Below are positions 28,960 to 38,161 of a stretch of DNA of 64,000 bases, piece after piece. The position numbers and the translations under genes were made by a program. This stretch comes from an uncultured Acidimicrobiia bacterium (GTDB lineage: Bacteria > Actinomycetota > Acidimicrobiia > Acidimicrobiales > JACDCH01): positions 64,229 to 128,228 of the forward strand of contig CAWGFA010000012.1 of NCBI GenBank assembly GCA_963821725.1. The letters run 5' to 3'. Below the pieces are notes generated by a model that saw only the letters and a list, made by a program, of their open reading frames with translations, searched no databases and had not been told where the DNA came from. Within the stretch, counting starts at the first letter, position 1. Each line of letters starts with the position of its first letter.

Positions 28960-29981
28960 TCAAGCACTGATCGCGGCACGCATCGTGTCGTCGATGACCT
29001 GCCAACGGTCCGGGTCCCCACGGCAACGGCATCAGGATCGGTACGTCGACGCCGGCGTCGACATACGCCTGCATGCTCGCGTGCACGTGGTCCGCGTCAC
29101 CCATGATGTCGATCGCATCGACGAAGTCGTCACCGACTGCCGCAGTGCACCTTCGCGATCGCCGGCCCGATGTCGTTCTCGGACGGCAGCGACGTCTTCC
29201 GCGAAACCGGCCCGTTCGAAGTTGCGGGCGTACGCGTCGACGACCGCGTACGAGAACAGATCGCGCCGCGCAGGGTCGATTCCGTCGGGCTCGCGCCGCG
29301 ACGGCGAGATGGACGTACGCGTAGATCGTGGTCGATCCCGGCGCGCGGCCCGCCGCCGCTTCCCCGGCGCGCACCTGCTCGACCGACCATTCGACATGCG
29401 TTGACGGGAGGTAGTTGAGCAGCACGCCGTCGGCCACCTCACCGGCGAGTCGCAGCATCCTCGGGTTCAGCGCGCCGACGACGATCTTGGGACGACGGTC
29501 GCCGAGGCGTACGCCGAGCCGGAACCGGCTGCACTCGTAGTAGTCGCCTTCGAACGTGACGGACTCGCCGGTGAGACACTCCCGCAGCAGCGTGACGTAC
29601 TCGCGGGTCCGCGCCAGCGGGCGGTCGCCGTACGGGACGCCGTGCCATCGCTCGGTGACCACGGGCGACGAGATGCCGACACCGAGGACGATGTCCGAGT
29701 CCGGATGCAGGGACTGCAGGGTGGCGCCGCCCATCGCGACCAACATCGGCGTCCGCAGTTGCAACGCGAGAACACCGGTGCCGAGGCTGAGCTCGCGGCG
29801 CGACGGCCCCGCCTGCGGCCAGGATCGCGAACGCCTCCGGTCCGGTGGTCTCGGCCGTCCAGAAGTGGCGGTAGCCCAGCTCGGTCGCCCGCGCCGCCAC
29901 CTTCGGAGCGAGGGAAGGACCGAGGCCCATCAGGCTGGCATAGGTGACGCCGTAGGCGTCCGGACGAGTACCGGGGCTCAT
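28960..29981 (-). pseudogene. LLM class F420-dependent oxidoreductase, at least five frame disruptions
   Basis: Pieces: MSPGTRPDAYGVTYASLMGLGP...LGYRHFWTAETTGPEAFAIL; LQLRTPMLVAMGGATLQSL...LGVGISSPVVTERWHG; DPARRDLFSYAVVDAYARNFERAGF; FVDAIDIMGDADHVHASMQAYVDAGVDVPILMP. The corrected end is DRWQVIDDTMRAAISA*. Confidence 0.75.
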
Positions 29982-30018
29982 GGGGCCGAGACGCTAACGC
30001 CGGCGACGGCCCGACCGT

Positions 30019-30062
30019 CCTGCGTGGCCGGGGAACGCCGAGAGCGCTGGCCGGGGAACGCC
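30019..30062. repeat. partial copies of tandem-repeat family T (GGCCGGGGAACGCC core, twice)
   Basis: CCTGCGTGGCCGGGGAACGCC-gagagcg-CTGGCCGGGGAACGCC. The same core occurs in the arrays at 36403-36600 and 40502-40619. Confidence 0.6.
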
Positions 30063-30191
30063 GGAACACTGCATCATGACGCTTCGTCGTCACTCTTGAT
30101 GGGTAGGGTGGATCGAACGAAGAGAACCGCTCTGCCATCATGTGACCTTCGACCGGGAAGCATGAGCGGCCGGAGTGGTTGGAGAGAGGGC

Positions 30192-30359
30192 ATGACCGAG
30201 ACCCGAGAACTCGACGTGATCACGGAAGCGCTGGCGATCATTGATCGCGGCTTGGGCGAGATGCTCCATCGTGACCTGGTGTCCACGGACGAGGTCGCGG
30301 ATCTCCTTCTCGACGTGCGCACCCTGCTGAGCGCTCCACGCGAGCCCGCCGCCAACTGA
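30192..30359 (+). CDS. small hypothetical protein (55 aa)
   Basis: MTETRELDVITEALAIIDRGLGEMLHRDLVSTDEVADLLLDVRTLLSAPREPAAN. It is preceded by GGAGAGAGGG. No family recognised. Confidence 0.4.
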   Translation: MTETRELDVITEALAIIDRGLGEMLHRDLVSTDEVADLLLDVRTLLSAPREPAAN

Positions 30360-30374
30360 GCGGCCGCGCCGGGT

Positions 30375-31791
30375 TCACGAACCGGCAGCGAGCAGCTCCG
30401 CGTACGAATCCTCGAGGCTCGGTGCGTAGCAGTTCGGGATCGTCGACGGCGGCGACGTCGATGTTCAGTCCCATGTCGAGCGACCCGCCTGACGACAGCA
30501 AGGTCAGGTTGAACGCGGTGCCGCCGGTCGGACCCATCGGATAGTTGGCGACGATCTTGGCGCCGGCGACGTAGAGGTCGAACGGCGCACCTCGCACGTT
30601 GGATGTTGCGAAGTCGACGGTTTCGATCTGCTGGCGCGCGAACCGCACGAGGACCGAGGTCGGCAAGCACGTTCGCGACACCCGCGAACGATTCCGGCCA
30701 TCGCCAGCGATCGTTCCGTCTTCGTCACGTTCAACCGGTCGCGCACTGGCGGCGAAGCGTTCGACCGGGTCGGTGATGCCGACGGGCACGAGGACTCTTG
30801 CCGGTGTGAAGGCGTTGCCACCCATCGAGCGGTCCGTACGAGTGGACACCGGCATCGAGATCCGAAGCTCATCGACGTCGATTCCATTGGCTCGGTGATA
30901 CGCGCCCGCAGCCCCCGCCGCGCCGGCAACGAACAGGTCGTTGATGCTTCCTCCCAGTGCCTTCGCGGCGCGCTTCGTGTCGTCGAGCGGTACGCGCAGG
31001 ACTTCGAACCGTCTGCGCAACGAGCGTTCTGTCCACAGCGGCGAATGAGCCCGATCGGTGACTGCGATTTGACGCGCCAGCTGACTGCATGGATGCAGCC
31101 ACCTCGATGCCGACGGCCGGGATGCGCTCTGGATGGCGTAGCAAGTCGGCGGTTCCGACAGCAGCACGGCGTCCGAGCCCCACTCCGCGGCGGATGTTGT
31201 GCGCCGCAGTCTCGGTCGCGGTGGCGACGAAGCTCGCCGGCGGCTCCGATTCGTCGCTGCGGCTTCGGTCGGCGCCGGCGGATCGTCGGGCGTGCCCTCC
31301 CGGCTGAAGTCGATGAACTCGGCGGACATGCGCACGCCGCCTTCGCCGTCGGTCACGGTGTGATGGATCTTCTGGAACAACGCCGCGCCGCCACTGCCGA
31401 CACCGTCGATGATCGTGAACTCCCACAACGGCCGGGTGCGGTCGAGAGGCGCCGCTTCGAGCACGACCGCGAGGTCGAAGAGCGTCCGCTCGGTACGGGG
31501 CTCGGGCAGCGCGATGTGGCGGATGTGGTAGTCGAGGTCGAAGTTGGGATCGTCCTGCCACTCCGGTGGCGCGAGCCGGCCCAGCGCCGGGACCACACGC
31601 TGGCGCAGTCGAGGCACGACGCTCACGGCATGCGCCAGGCGGGCCCGCAGGCGGGCTGGGTCCGGTGGCTGGTCGAGCAGCGTGACGTTCGCGAACGACG
31701 AGGCGAGATATGGGTCCTTCTCGAGGTTCCACATCAGGGCCTCGACGTCGCTCATCCGGTGCTCGCCGAGCACCGGCCTGGTGGCGGCCAT
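30375..31791 (-). pseudogene. wax ester synthase/diacylglycerol acyltransferase (WS/DGAT) family protein, at least five frame disruptions
   Basis: ORF 30238..31791(-) reads ...EHRMSDVEALMWNLEKDP...LFQKIHHTVTDGEGG, which contains the HHxxxDG catalytic motif. The later parts alternate between frames (RLNVTKTERSLAMAGIV, ...VDFATSNVRGAPFDLYVAGAK...). The corrected C-terminus is SLEDSYAELLAAGS*. Confidence 0.8.
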
Positions 31792-31837
31792 CAGCTCAGG
31801 CTAGTGGGAGGGCGCAGCGCCCAGATCTGCCTGAACC

Positions 31838-31883
31838 GGCGTTCGTCGCCCACACGGCATGTGGGTGATGAACGCCGAAACGG
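31838..31883 (-). repeat. nested hairpin element family H, copy 1 (between the DsbA-like stop and the WS/DGAT start)
   Basis: The minus strand reads CCGTTTC-GGCGTTC-atca-CCCACA-tgccg-TGTGGG-cgac-GAACGCC. The outer stem is 7 bp and the inner stem 6 bp. Confidence 0.7.
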
Positions 31884-31885
31884 GG

Positions 31886-32494
31886 TCAGCGCTTGATCGA
31901 GGTGTGCTTGAACTCGTTGAGGTTGGGCCACGAATCGAGGACGTTCACGAGGCGCTCGATCGTGTCGCGCGACAGGTTCTGATCCGTCCCCTCCGGCGCC
32001 CGATCCATGATGCGGACGAACACGGCCTCGTCGCCCGAGATGAATGTCGGCACCCCCCAGACGCTGTGGCCGGCGACTGCCGCCTCGTGCTCGGTCCGCA
32101 CCTGCTTGAGGGCAGTGCCGTCGTCGATCGCAGAGAAGACCTCGTCGACGTCGACGTCGTTCGTGGCGAGCACGTTGCGCACGACGTCGCGGTCCTGGAG
32201 CTTGAGTCCTTCGTCGTGCCGAGCGGCGAACAGGGCCCGATGGACCTGCTGAAACCGGTCCGGGAACCGATCCCGGACGACGACGCCGGCCTGCAACGCC
32301 ACGATGCCGGTGTCCTTGTCGGGCTCGTCCCACACGTCGGTCTCGCCTTCGGCCACGTGGGCCTGCCCCAACGAGAAGGGCACGTACCGCAGATCCCAGT
32401 CGGCTCCGCCGGCCTGAGCGTTCAGCAGGTGCTCGTGGATGTTGCGGGCGAACGGGCAGCGGTAATCCCAGGTGACGGCGAAAGAAAGGGTCAT
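31886..32494 (-). CDS. DsbA family (thioredoxin-fold) protein
   Basis: Intact 202-aa ORF. MTLSFAVTWDYRCPFARN... resembles the N-terminal active-site region of DsbA/HCCA-isomerase-like proteins. ...VWGVPTFI... lies near the C-terminus. Confidence 0.75.
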   Translation of the reverse strand: MTLSFAVTWDYRCPFARNIHEHLLNAQAGGADWDLRYVPFSLGQAHVAEGETDVWDEPDKDTGIVALQAGVVVRDRFPDRFQQVHRALFAARHDEGLKLQDRDVVRNVLATNDVDVDEVFSAIDDGTALKQVRTEHEAAVAGHSVWGVPTFISGDEAVFVRIMDRAPEGTDQNLSRDTIERLVNVLDSWPNLNEFKHTSIKR

Positions 32495-32510
32495 GTGACG
32501 TCCAACACAT

Positions 32511-33134
32511 CTAGGCCCGGGACATTCCGGGTTTCGGCCACGCTCGCCGGGCGATCCGGCCGATGACCAGGCCCGTGGCGATCCCGGCGACGACGTCGGA
32601 GGCGTGGTGGATCTTGACGTATGTCCGGCTCGAGGCCACGACTGCGGCGGCCGCGTAGTACAGCGGCCACAGGGGATCGCCTTCGCTCAGGACCGTGGCC
32701 GCCGTGAACGCGGCGCTGGCGTGGCCGCTGGGGAAGCTGCTGCTGCGCGGCCGGCGGATGCGGAATGCGCGCGGTTGATCCCAGACCGGCCGTGTCCGGC
32801 GGAAGAACGACTTGATCACGCCGTTCACGAGCAGGGACTCGCCCGCGAGGATGACCGACAGGCGGATGGCCTCGTCGGCTCGCTGGTCGGAGGTCAGCCC
32901 ACGGGCCATTCCCACCATGTGCCAGAGCAGCGAGAAGTCACCGAGCTCGGACGCGCCGTACATGAGGCGGTCGATCGTCGGATGGCCGCGTGTCTGGTCG
33001 AAGATGGCGTCGACACGGTCGTCGAACGCGCGGACGCGACCTTTGAAGTCAGTCGGCGAGAGCGACTTGGGCAAGGTCGGGGAGCGTACCGGCGCGCGTG
33101 GCGGCCGCGACGCGAGTGGCTTCGTCGGGATCAC
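32511..33134 (-). CDS. phosphatase PAP2 family protein (start uncertain)
   Basis: PAP2 motifs: KSFFRRTRP, PSGH, SRTYVKIHHASD. The annotated start overlaps the upstream nuclease gene by 86 nt, so the true start is probably internal. Confidence 0.8.
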   Translation of the reverse strand: MIPTKPLASRPPRAPVRSPTLPKSLSPTDFKGRVRAFDDRVDAIFDQTRGHPTIDRLMYGASELGDFSLLWHMVGMARGLTSDQRADEAIRLSVILAGESLLVNGVIKSFFRRTRPVWDQPRAFRIRRPRSSSFPSGHASAAFTAATVLSEGDPLWPLYYAAAAVVASSRTYVKIHHASDVVAGIATGLVIGRIARRAWPKPGMSRA

Positions 33135-33891
33135 CGCCGAAGGAGGGGCAGTACGTGCGGAACGCGCAGTACTCGCACAGCCGCGATGGCCTCGGGCGGA
33201 AGTCGTCGCGCGCGCACGCCCGCTCGACCGCCGTCCAGATGGCGCCGACCTTGCGCTCGGCTGCCTTCGTCGACTGATCGCTCGGGCTCGTGCTGATCTC
33301 GAGGGGATCGCCGAGATAGAGCAGTCGGACCCGGGCCGGGCGGCGACCGAAGTTGCGCTCGCACAACAGCGAGTAGAGCTGCACGCCGTCGAGACGGCCT
33401 CGTTCGTAGCGCTCGGCGGGTGCCTTGCCGGACTTGTAGTCGGTGACGACCAGCTCGCCGTTGTGGTCGAGTTCGAGCCGGTCGATGATCCCGCGTACGC
33501 GGGCGCCGCCGATGTCGGCGTCGAGCATCAACTCGACGCCGATCGGGCGCACCAGCGTCGGGTCCTCGAGGCGGAAGTAGTTGCGGACGAGCCGACGGGC
33601 GTCGTCGAGGAAGGCGGCTTCTTCGGCCGGGCTCAAGTGCAGGTCGACGAACTCGGCGTCGAGGGAGAGGGAGGAGAACGCTTGGTCGAGCGCGACGAAC
33701 GCAGCGTCGATCGTGCGATCGCCGGGGGCGAGCAGGAAGAGCCGTTCGAGCGCGGCGTGGACAAGCGTGCCCTTGGTGCTCCACGGTGACGGCGGCTCGG
33801 GCAGGCGGTCGATCGCCGAGAACCGGAACGCGAGCGCGCAGTCGGTGAAGGCTGCAACCTTCGACGGCGACAGCGTTCGAGGTGGGTCCAT
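33049..33891 (-). CDS. PD-(D/E)XK nuclease, RecB-family exonuclease with a C-terminal Cys cluster
   Basis: Real part of ORF 33049..34317(-), starting at MDPPRTLSPSKVAAFTDCALAFRF. Nuclease core: GIIDRLELDHNGELVVTDYKSGK. The C-terminal CEYCAFRTYC together with the N-terminal Cys fits an AddB/Cas4-like Fe-S site. Intact. Confidence 0.8.
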   Translation of the reverse strand: MDPPRTLSPSKVAAFTDCALAFRFSAIDRLPEPPSPWSTKGTLVHAALERLFLLAPGDRTIDAAFVALDQAFSSLSLDAEFVDLHLSPAEEAAFLDDARRLVRNYFRLEDPTLVRPIGVELMLDADIGGARVRGIIDRLELDHNGELVVTDYKSGKAPAERYERGRLDGVQLYSLLCERNFGRRPARVRLLYLGDPLEISTSPSDQSTKAAERKVGAIWTAVERACARDDFRPRPSRLCEYCAFRTYCPSFGGDPDEATRVAAATRAGTLPDLAQVALAD

Positions 33892-33906
33892 CGGCACCTG
33901 CCCATC

Positions 33907-34341
33907 TTGACCGACGGGTGTGACACTGACGGGGATCCCTGCGCACCCGGTACGGTGCGCCGCATCGACGCCGAAGCGGATGTGCTCGCCGCCAACCGCG
34001 CCTTCTACGAAGCATTCGAGGGCCGCGACATCGACGCCATGTCGGACTCGTGGGAGCACTCTGACCGGGTCGTGTGCACCCATCCGGGCTGGCAGACGTT
34101 GCGGGGGTGGGCGTCGGTGTCGGGGTCGTGGTTCGCCCTGTTCAGCAACGCCACGCCACTGCAGTTCATCCTGACCAACGAAGCGGTCGCGATCGAGGGC
34201 GATGTCGCTTGGGTGACGGTGGACGAGAACCTGATCAGCGAGACGATCAGCGGCACCGTGGCGGCGGTGAACATGTTCGTGTTCGACGGACAGCACTGGC
34301 GCCTCGTCGTCCACCACGGCGCGCCCGTCGCGGCGCAGTAG
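33907..34341 (+). CDS. NTF2-fold (SnoaL/DUF4440-like) protein
   Basis: Intact 144-aa ORF. ...VLAANRAFYEAFEGRDIDAMSDSWEHSDRVVCTHPGW... is typical of this family. Confidence 0.7.
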   Translation: MTDGCDTDGDPCAPGTVRRIDAEADVLAANRAFYEAFEGRDIDAMSDSWEHSDRVVCTHPGWQTLRGWASVSGSWFALFSNATPLQFILTNEAVAIEGDVAWVTVDENLISETISGTVAAVNMFVFDGQHWRLVVHHGAPVAAQ

Positions 34342-34354
34342 GACCGACCTGTCG

Positions 34355-34388
34355 CCGGACCGCGACCGAGCAGTGGTCGCGCGTCCGG
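34355..34388. terminator. GC-rich hairpin between convergent genes (putative bidirectional terminator)
   Basis: CCGGACCGCGACC-gagcagt-GGTCGCGCGTCCGG forms 13 bp with one bulged C. It lies between the NTF2-like stop (34341) and the FKBP stop (34429). There is no U tract. Confidence 0.45.
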
Positions 34389-34428
34389 TCGGAGCCGAGA
34401 CGCACGCGAACGTCGTGCCGTCGGTGTC

Positions 34429-35121
34429 CTAGCTCGACACGGGCGGGGGCGCGGATGTCGGCGCTGCCGGGACCGACTCGCCTGGTGCCGTTGTCGACGA
34501 ATGGGCGTCGATGCTCATCAGTTCGACGACGAACCACAGCGTTGCGTTCGGTTCGATGCCGGGACGTCCTGCTGCGCCGTATGCGAGATTCGGCGGTATG
34601 CCGAGCAGCCGCTGCTCACCGACCCTCATGCCGGGGATGCCCTGTTGCCAGCCGGGGATCACGTCACCGAGCTGGAACGAGACGGGGTGCCCCTGGCTCC
34701 AGGACGAGTCGAAGATCTTGCCGTCGCGGCAGTTGACGCCCACGTAGTTCACGGTCACGGAGTCGCCGGGCTGCACGGGGTCCGTTCCCGTACCGGCGCG
34801 CAGCTCCTCGGTCACGAGCTGGGTGGGCGCGGGACCGACATGGACGGGCACGTACGGGGCGCCCTCGGGGGGCGTGTCGGTCATCGCGACGCACTGTTGT
34901 CCGGACGCGGATCCGGCGGCCGCGGTCTTGGAGGAGCCGCCGCGATTGGACACGAATGCGCCCAGCACGATCGCGATGAGCAACACGGCCACACCGCCGA
35001 ACGCGATCCACCACCGCCGCCGGTCCGACCGCCGGGAGGCCGCGGCTGCGGCCGCGACTCGCGCTCGCCGCACGGCCTGCTGGCGAGCACCCTTTCCCTT
35101 CGTCTTCGTCTTGGTCGGCAT
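34429..35121 (-). CDS. membrane-anchored FKBP-type peptidyl-prolyl cis-trans isomerase
   Basis: Intact. It has a basic N-terminus, the TM helix WWIAFGGVAVLLIAIVLGAF, and an FKBP domain: ...VNYVGVNCRDGKIFDSSW...FQLGDVIPGWQQGIPGMRVGEQRLLGIPPNLAYG.... Confidence 0.85.
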   Translation of the reverse strand: MPTKTKTKGKGARQQAVRRARVAAAAAASRRSDRRRWWIAFGGVAVLLIAIVLGAFVSNRGGSSKTAAAGSASGQQCVAMTDTPPEGAPYVPVHVGPAPTQLVTEELRAGTGTDPVQPGDSVTVNYVGVNCRDGKIFDSSWSQGHPVSFQLGDVIPGWQQGIPGMRVGEQRLLGIPPNLAYGAAGRPGIEPNATLWFVVELMSIDAHSSTTAPGESVPAAPTSAPPPVSS

Positions 35122-36385
35122 TCAGGCCTCTGCTTGCCGGAGTGACTCGGCCTCGGCCCACGAGAACACGCCTTTGGCCATCAGCGACGGCTCGGCCTCC
35201 CGTCGCCGGGCGAACACCTCCGCTCGTGCCCGGTGCGCAGCGGCCGAGTCCGGCGCCGCCATGGCCGCGTATTCCCGCGAGATGGCCCGCGAGGCGGAGA
35301 TCGGCGTCCTCGCCGGACGCCGAGAGCTCGACGGCTCGGCGGGCGAGCACGTCGGCGCCGCCGGCGAGGCCCGCGAGCTCGGCCGCCAGCGCCTGCTCGC
35401 GGGCAGGCTTCAGATGAGCGGGATTGCCGTCGTACCAGCCGCCGTAGAGGCGCCAGAGGTTGCGCACGATGAACTCCGGGTCGTCGTAGATCGGACGAAG
35501 GTAGGGCCTCGTGAGCAGCTCTGGGGGCGCGGCCACCGTGTGGATGATGTCTTCGAGCCGCGCACCCTCGTTCATGAGAGCGAGGGTCTGGGCCGCGAGC
35601 GACTCGAGCAGTGTGGCCGTGTCGACCAGCACGGACCGGATCCGATCCGCTCCGGAGATCGGCAACCCGTGGCCGGGCAGCAACAGCTCCGGCGCCGGTT
35701 CGAGCGCCGCCATCTCCCGCAGCGCGGCCGCCCAGTCCTCGGCATACCGCTGCACCTTCTGGGGATTGCCGGCGTTGGGCGTGCACCAGATGATGAGGTC
35801 GCCGGTGCACAGGGTTCGCCGTTCGGGGACCCACACCCACGTGTGGTCGTCTGTCTCGCCGCGGGCGTGGTGCAGCTCGGCGGCGACGCCACCGAGGTCG
35901 AGGTCGAGGCGGTCGGTGTACGTCACATCCGGCCGGCGGTACTCGACCGGCCATTGCAGCCCGGGCGCGCGGAACTGCCGTTGGTTGATCACGGCGTTGT
36001 AGCCGGCGGTCTTCACGTACCGGTCGAAGCGGGGCTCGATCCCGGCATGGCCGATCACGCGCATGGGCCCTTCGGCTTCGAAGGCCGCGGTACCGAAGAC
36101 GTGGTCGATGTGGCCGTGCGTGTACACCGCGGTTGACGCTCGATCCGTGGACCAGGACCGCACCGCCTCGTGCACGGCCGCTGCGACGAGTGCGCTGCCC
36201 GTGTCGACGAGGCACAAGCCGTCCGGGGTCGAGACCGCGGTGACGTTGGCGAACGACTCCACGAACGCCACGCCGTCGCCGACCTCCTCGAGCCGGTTCG
36301 AGGGCCGGAACGGATGGTGGTCCGTGATCTCCTCGGTGCCGTCGAGGATGCGAGAGGAGAGCTCGAGCAGGGACACGTCAGCCAT
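35122..36385 (-). pseudogene. MBL-fold metallo-hydrolase, alkyl/aryl-sulfatase-like, one frame disruption near 35265
   Basis: Start MADVSLLELSS.... Zinc motif YTHGHIDH. ...NAGNPQKVQRYAEDW... and a dimerisation-domain-like region follow. The corrected tail is EYAAMAAPDSAAAHRARAEVFARRREAEPSLMAKGVFSWAEAESLRQAEA*. Confidence 0.7.
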
Positions 36386-36402
36386 GCCGAACCTTAGGTG
36401 CG

Positions 36403-36600
36403 GCACCAGCGCCAGCGGCCGGGGAGCGACGCACGAGCGGCGCAGCGGCTGCGTGGCCGGGGCCGGGGTGCGCCAGCCAGCGACGGAGCGCCGCGGGACG
36501 GCGCAACGGCCTGCGTGGCCGGGGCCGGGGTTTGCGCCATGCAAGCGACGGAGCGCCAGCGGACGGAGCGGCGCAACGGCCTGCGTGGCCGGGGAACGCC
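36403..36600. repeat. tandem-repeat family T array, about three degenerate 55-65 bp units filling a divergent promoter spacer
   Basis: Units start at about 36426, 36480 and 36545. Each begins GCGACGSAGCG and ends CTGCGTGGCCGGGG(CCGGGG/AACGCC). The array occupies nearly the whole spacer between the sulfatase-like start (36385, minus) and the TetR start (36616, plus). Confidence 0.75.
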
Positions 36601-36615
36601 AATAGCATTGTGGGG

Positions 36616-37215
36616 ATGACGGCAATCGACGGGCGGACGGCCCGGGCGGTGCGGACCCGGGAAGCGATCGTCGATGCTTGCATCGCCCTCGTGGACGAGG
36701 GTGACGTTCGTCCGACTGCATTGAAAGTGGCCGAGCGCGCCGGTGTCTCCGTGCGCTCGGTGTTCCAGCACTTCGACGATCTCGAAGGCCTGTACGCGGC
36801 GATCGCCAGTCGCCTCGTCGACCGGCTCGGTGGGGTGAAGGTCGTGGTCGACGCGGAGCTGCCGATCGGCGCGCGCATCACGGAGATGGTCCGCAGCCGC
36901 TCACGCGCCCTGGAGATCCTCACGCCGGTCCGGCAGGCGGCGGCGGTGCATGCCCCGTTCTCGCCGGAGATTCGGGCGCGACTCCAGGCCGGCCACGCCA
37001 TGCTGCGGGCTGAGCTCGCGCGGGTGTTCGCGGACGAGTTGGAAAAGCGTGACGAGCCGGCGCGCACGAGGTTGCTCGACGCGCTCGACACGGTGCTGTC
37101 GTGGCCGAGCTGGGACAACCTCCGCACGCTGAACGGGCGGTCCAAGGAGGAGGCGCAGGCGACCGTCGAGCAGATGGTCTCCGCCATGCTCCTGCCTGCA
37201 CACTTCGAGTCGTAG
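36616..37215 (+). CDS. TetR/AcrR family transcriptional regulator
   Basis: MTAIDGRTARAVRTREAIVDACIALVDEGDVRPTALKVAERAGVSVRSVFQHF is a canonical TetR HTH. Intact. Confidence 0.85.
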   Translation: MTAIDGRTARAVRTREAIVDACIALVDEGDVRPTALKVAERAGVSVRSVFQHFDDLEGLYAAIASRLVDRLGGVKVVVDAELPIGARITEMVRSRSRALEILTPVRQAAAVHAPFSPEIRARLQAGHAMLRAELARVFADELEKRDEPARTRLLDALDTVLSWPSWDNLRTLNGRSKEEAQATVEQMVSAMLLPAHFES

Positions 37216-37269
37216 CGTCATCGCCTTCGGCGGCGCCTCGGCCATCCCGAAGCACCTAACCTCCCGCGC

Positions 37270-38161
37270 GTGGCAGACGTCGATGTGGATGGTGCCCGAG
37301 ACTTCGTCTGGCGCAACGCGCCGGTTGATCGATCGGCTTCTGTTCGAACACCGTTTCGGGCGCGGCGCCGCGGAAGACGTCGTGCACGCACTACGTCCGT
37401 TCCAGAACGAGGACGGAGGATTCGGCAACGCGCTCGAACCAGATCTGCGCGGTCCGGTCAGTCAGCCGATCCACGTCGACATGGCCTTCCGCTACCTGCA
37501 CGAGGTCGGGCTCGCGCCCCCCGAGCTCGTGGCTCGTGCGTGCACGTACCTGGGCTCGGTTTCGGGCGACGAGGGTGGTGTACCGGCGATCCTGCCGACG
37601 GTCGTGCGCTATCCCCGTGCCGAGCACTGGCAGCCGCACGCATGGATCGCTGATGCGCTCAACCCGACCGCGATGCTCGCCGGCCTCCTGCACGCGATGC
37701 ACTTTCCGCACTCGTGGCTCGATCGAGCCGACGCCTTCTGCTGGAAGAGACTCGGTGAGACCAAGCCAGGTGACGGCCCCGAGCTGGCCGCGGTCTACTG
37801 CTTCTTGAACAACGCACCCGACCGCCGGCGCGCCGTGCAGGCCGCCGAAGACGTCGCGGACGCCATTCCGACTGCGGGCTTCTTCGCACTCGATCCCGAG
37901 GATCACACGGGCGAGTACGCACTCACGCCGTTGCACCTCGCACCGACGCGCGATGCAATGGCGGCCGCACTGTTCGCACCCGAGCTGCTCGATGCTCATC
38001 TCGATCATCTCGTCTCGCAACAGCAAGAAGACGGTGGCTGGCCGGTGACATGGGAGCCGCCGAGTGAGTGTGCGCTGCTCGAATGGCGCGGCCGGCAGAC
38101 AGTCGACGCGCTGATGACGCTGCAGAACTACGAAAGGCTGCCCGGTGTCCGCAACCACTGA
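37270..38161 (+). pseudogene. prenyltransferase/squalene-oxidase-repeat (alpha/alpha-toroid) protein, one frame disruption near 37320
   Basis: VADVDVDGARDFVWRNA (frame of ORF 37270) joins RLIDRLLFEH... (ORF 37283..38161). Two QW-like motifs are present: FQNEDGGFG and QQQEDGGWP. Confidence 0.55.

Noticed and set aside
36403-36600. Possible CRISPR array, given regularly spaced GC-rich repeats here and at 40502-40619
   Set aside because: The sequence between the conserved cores is itself repeated: the 55-bp units at 40502 and 40565 are identical. There are therefore no unique spacers. Only 2-3 units are present and there are no cas genes in the window. This is a tandem minisatellite, not a CRISPR array.
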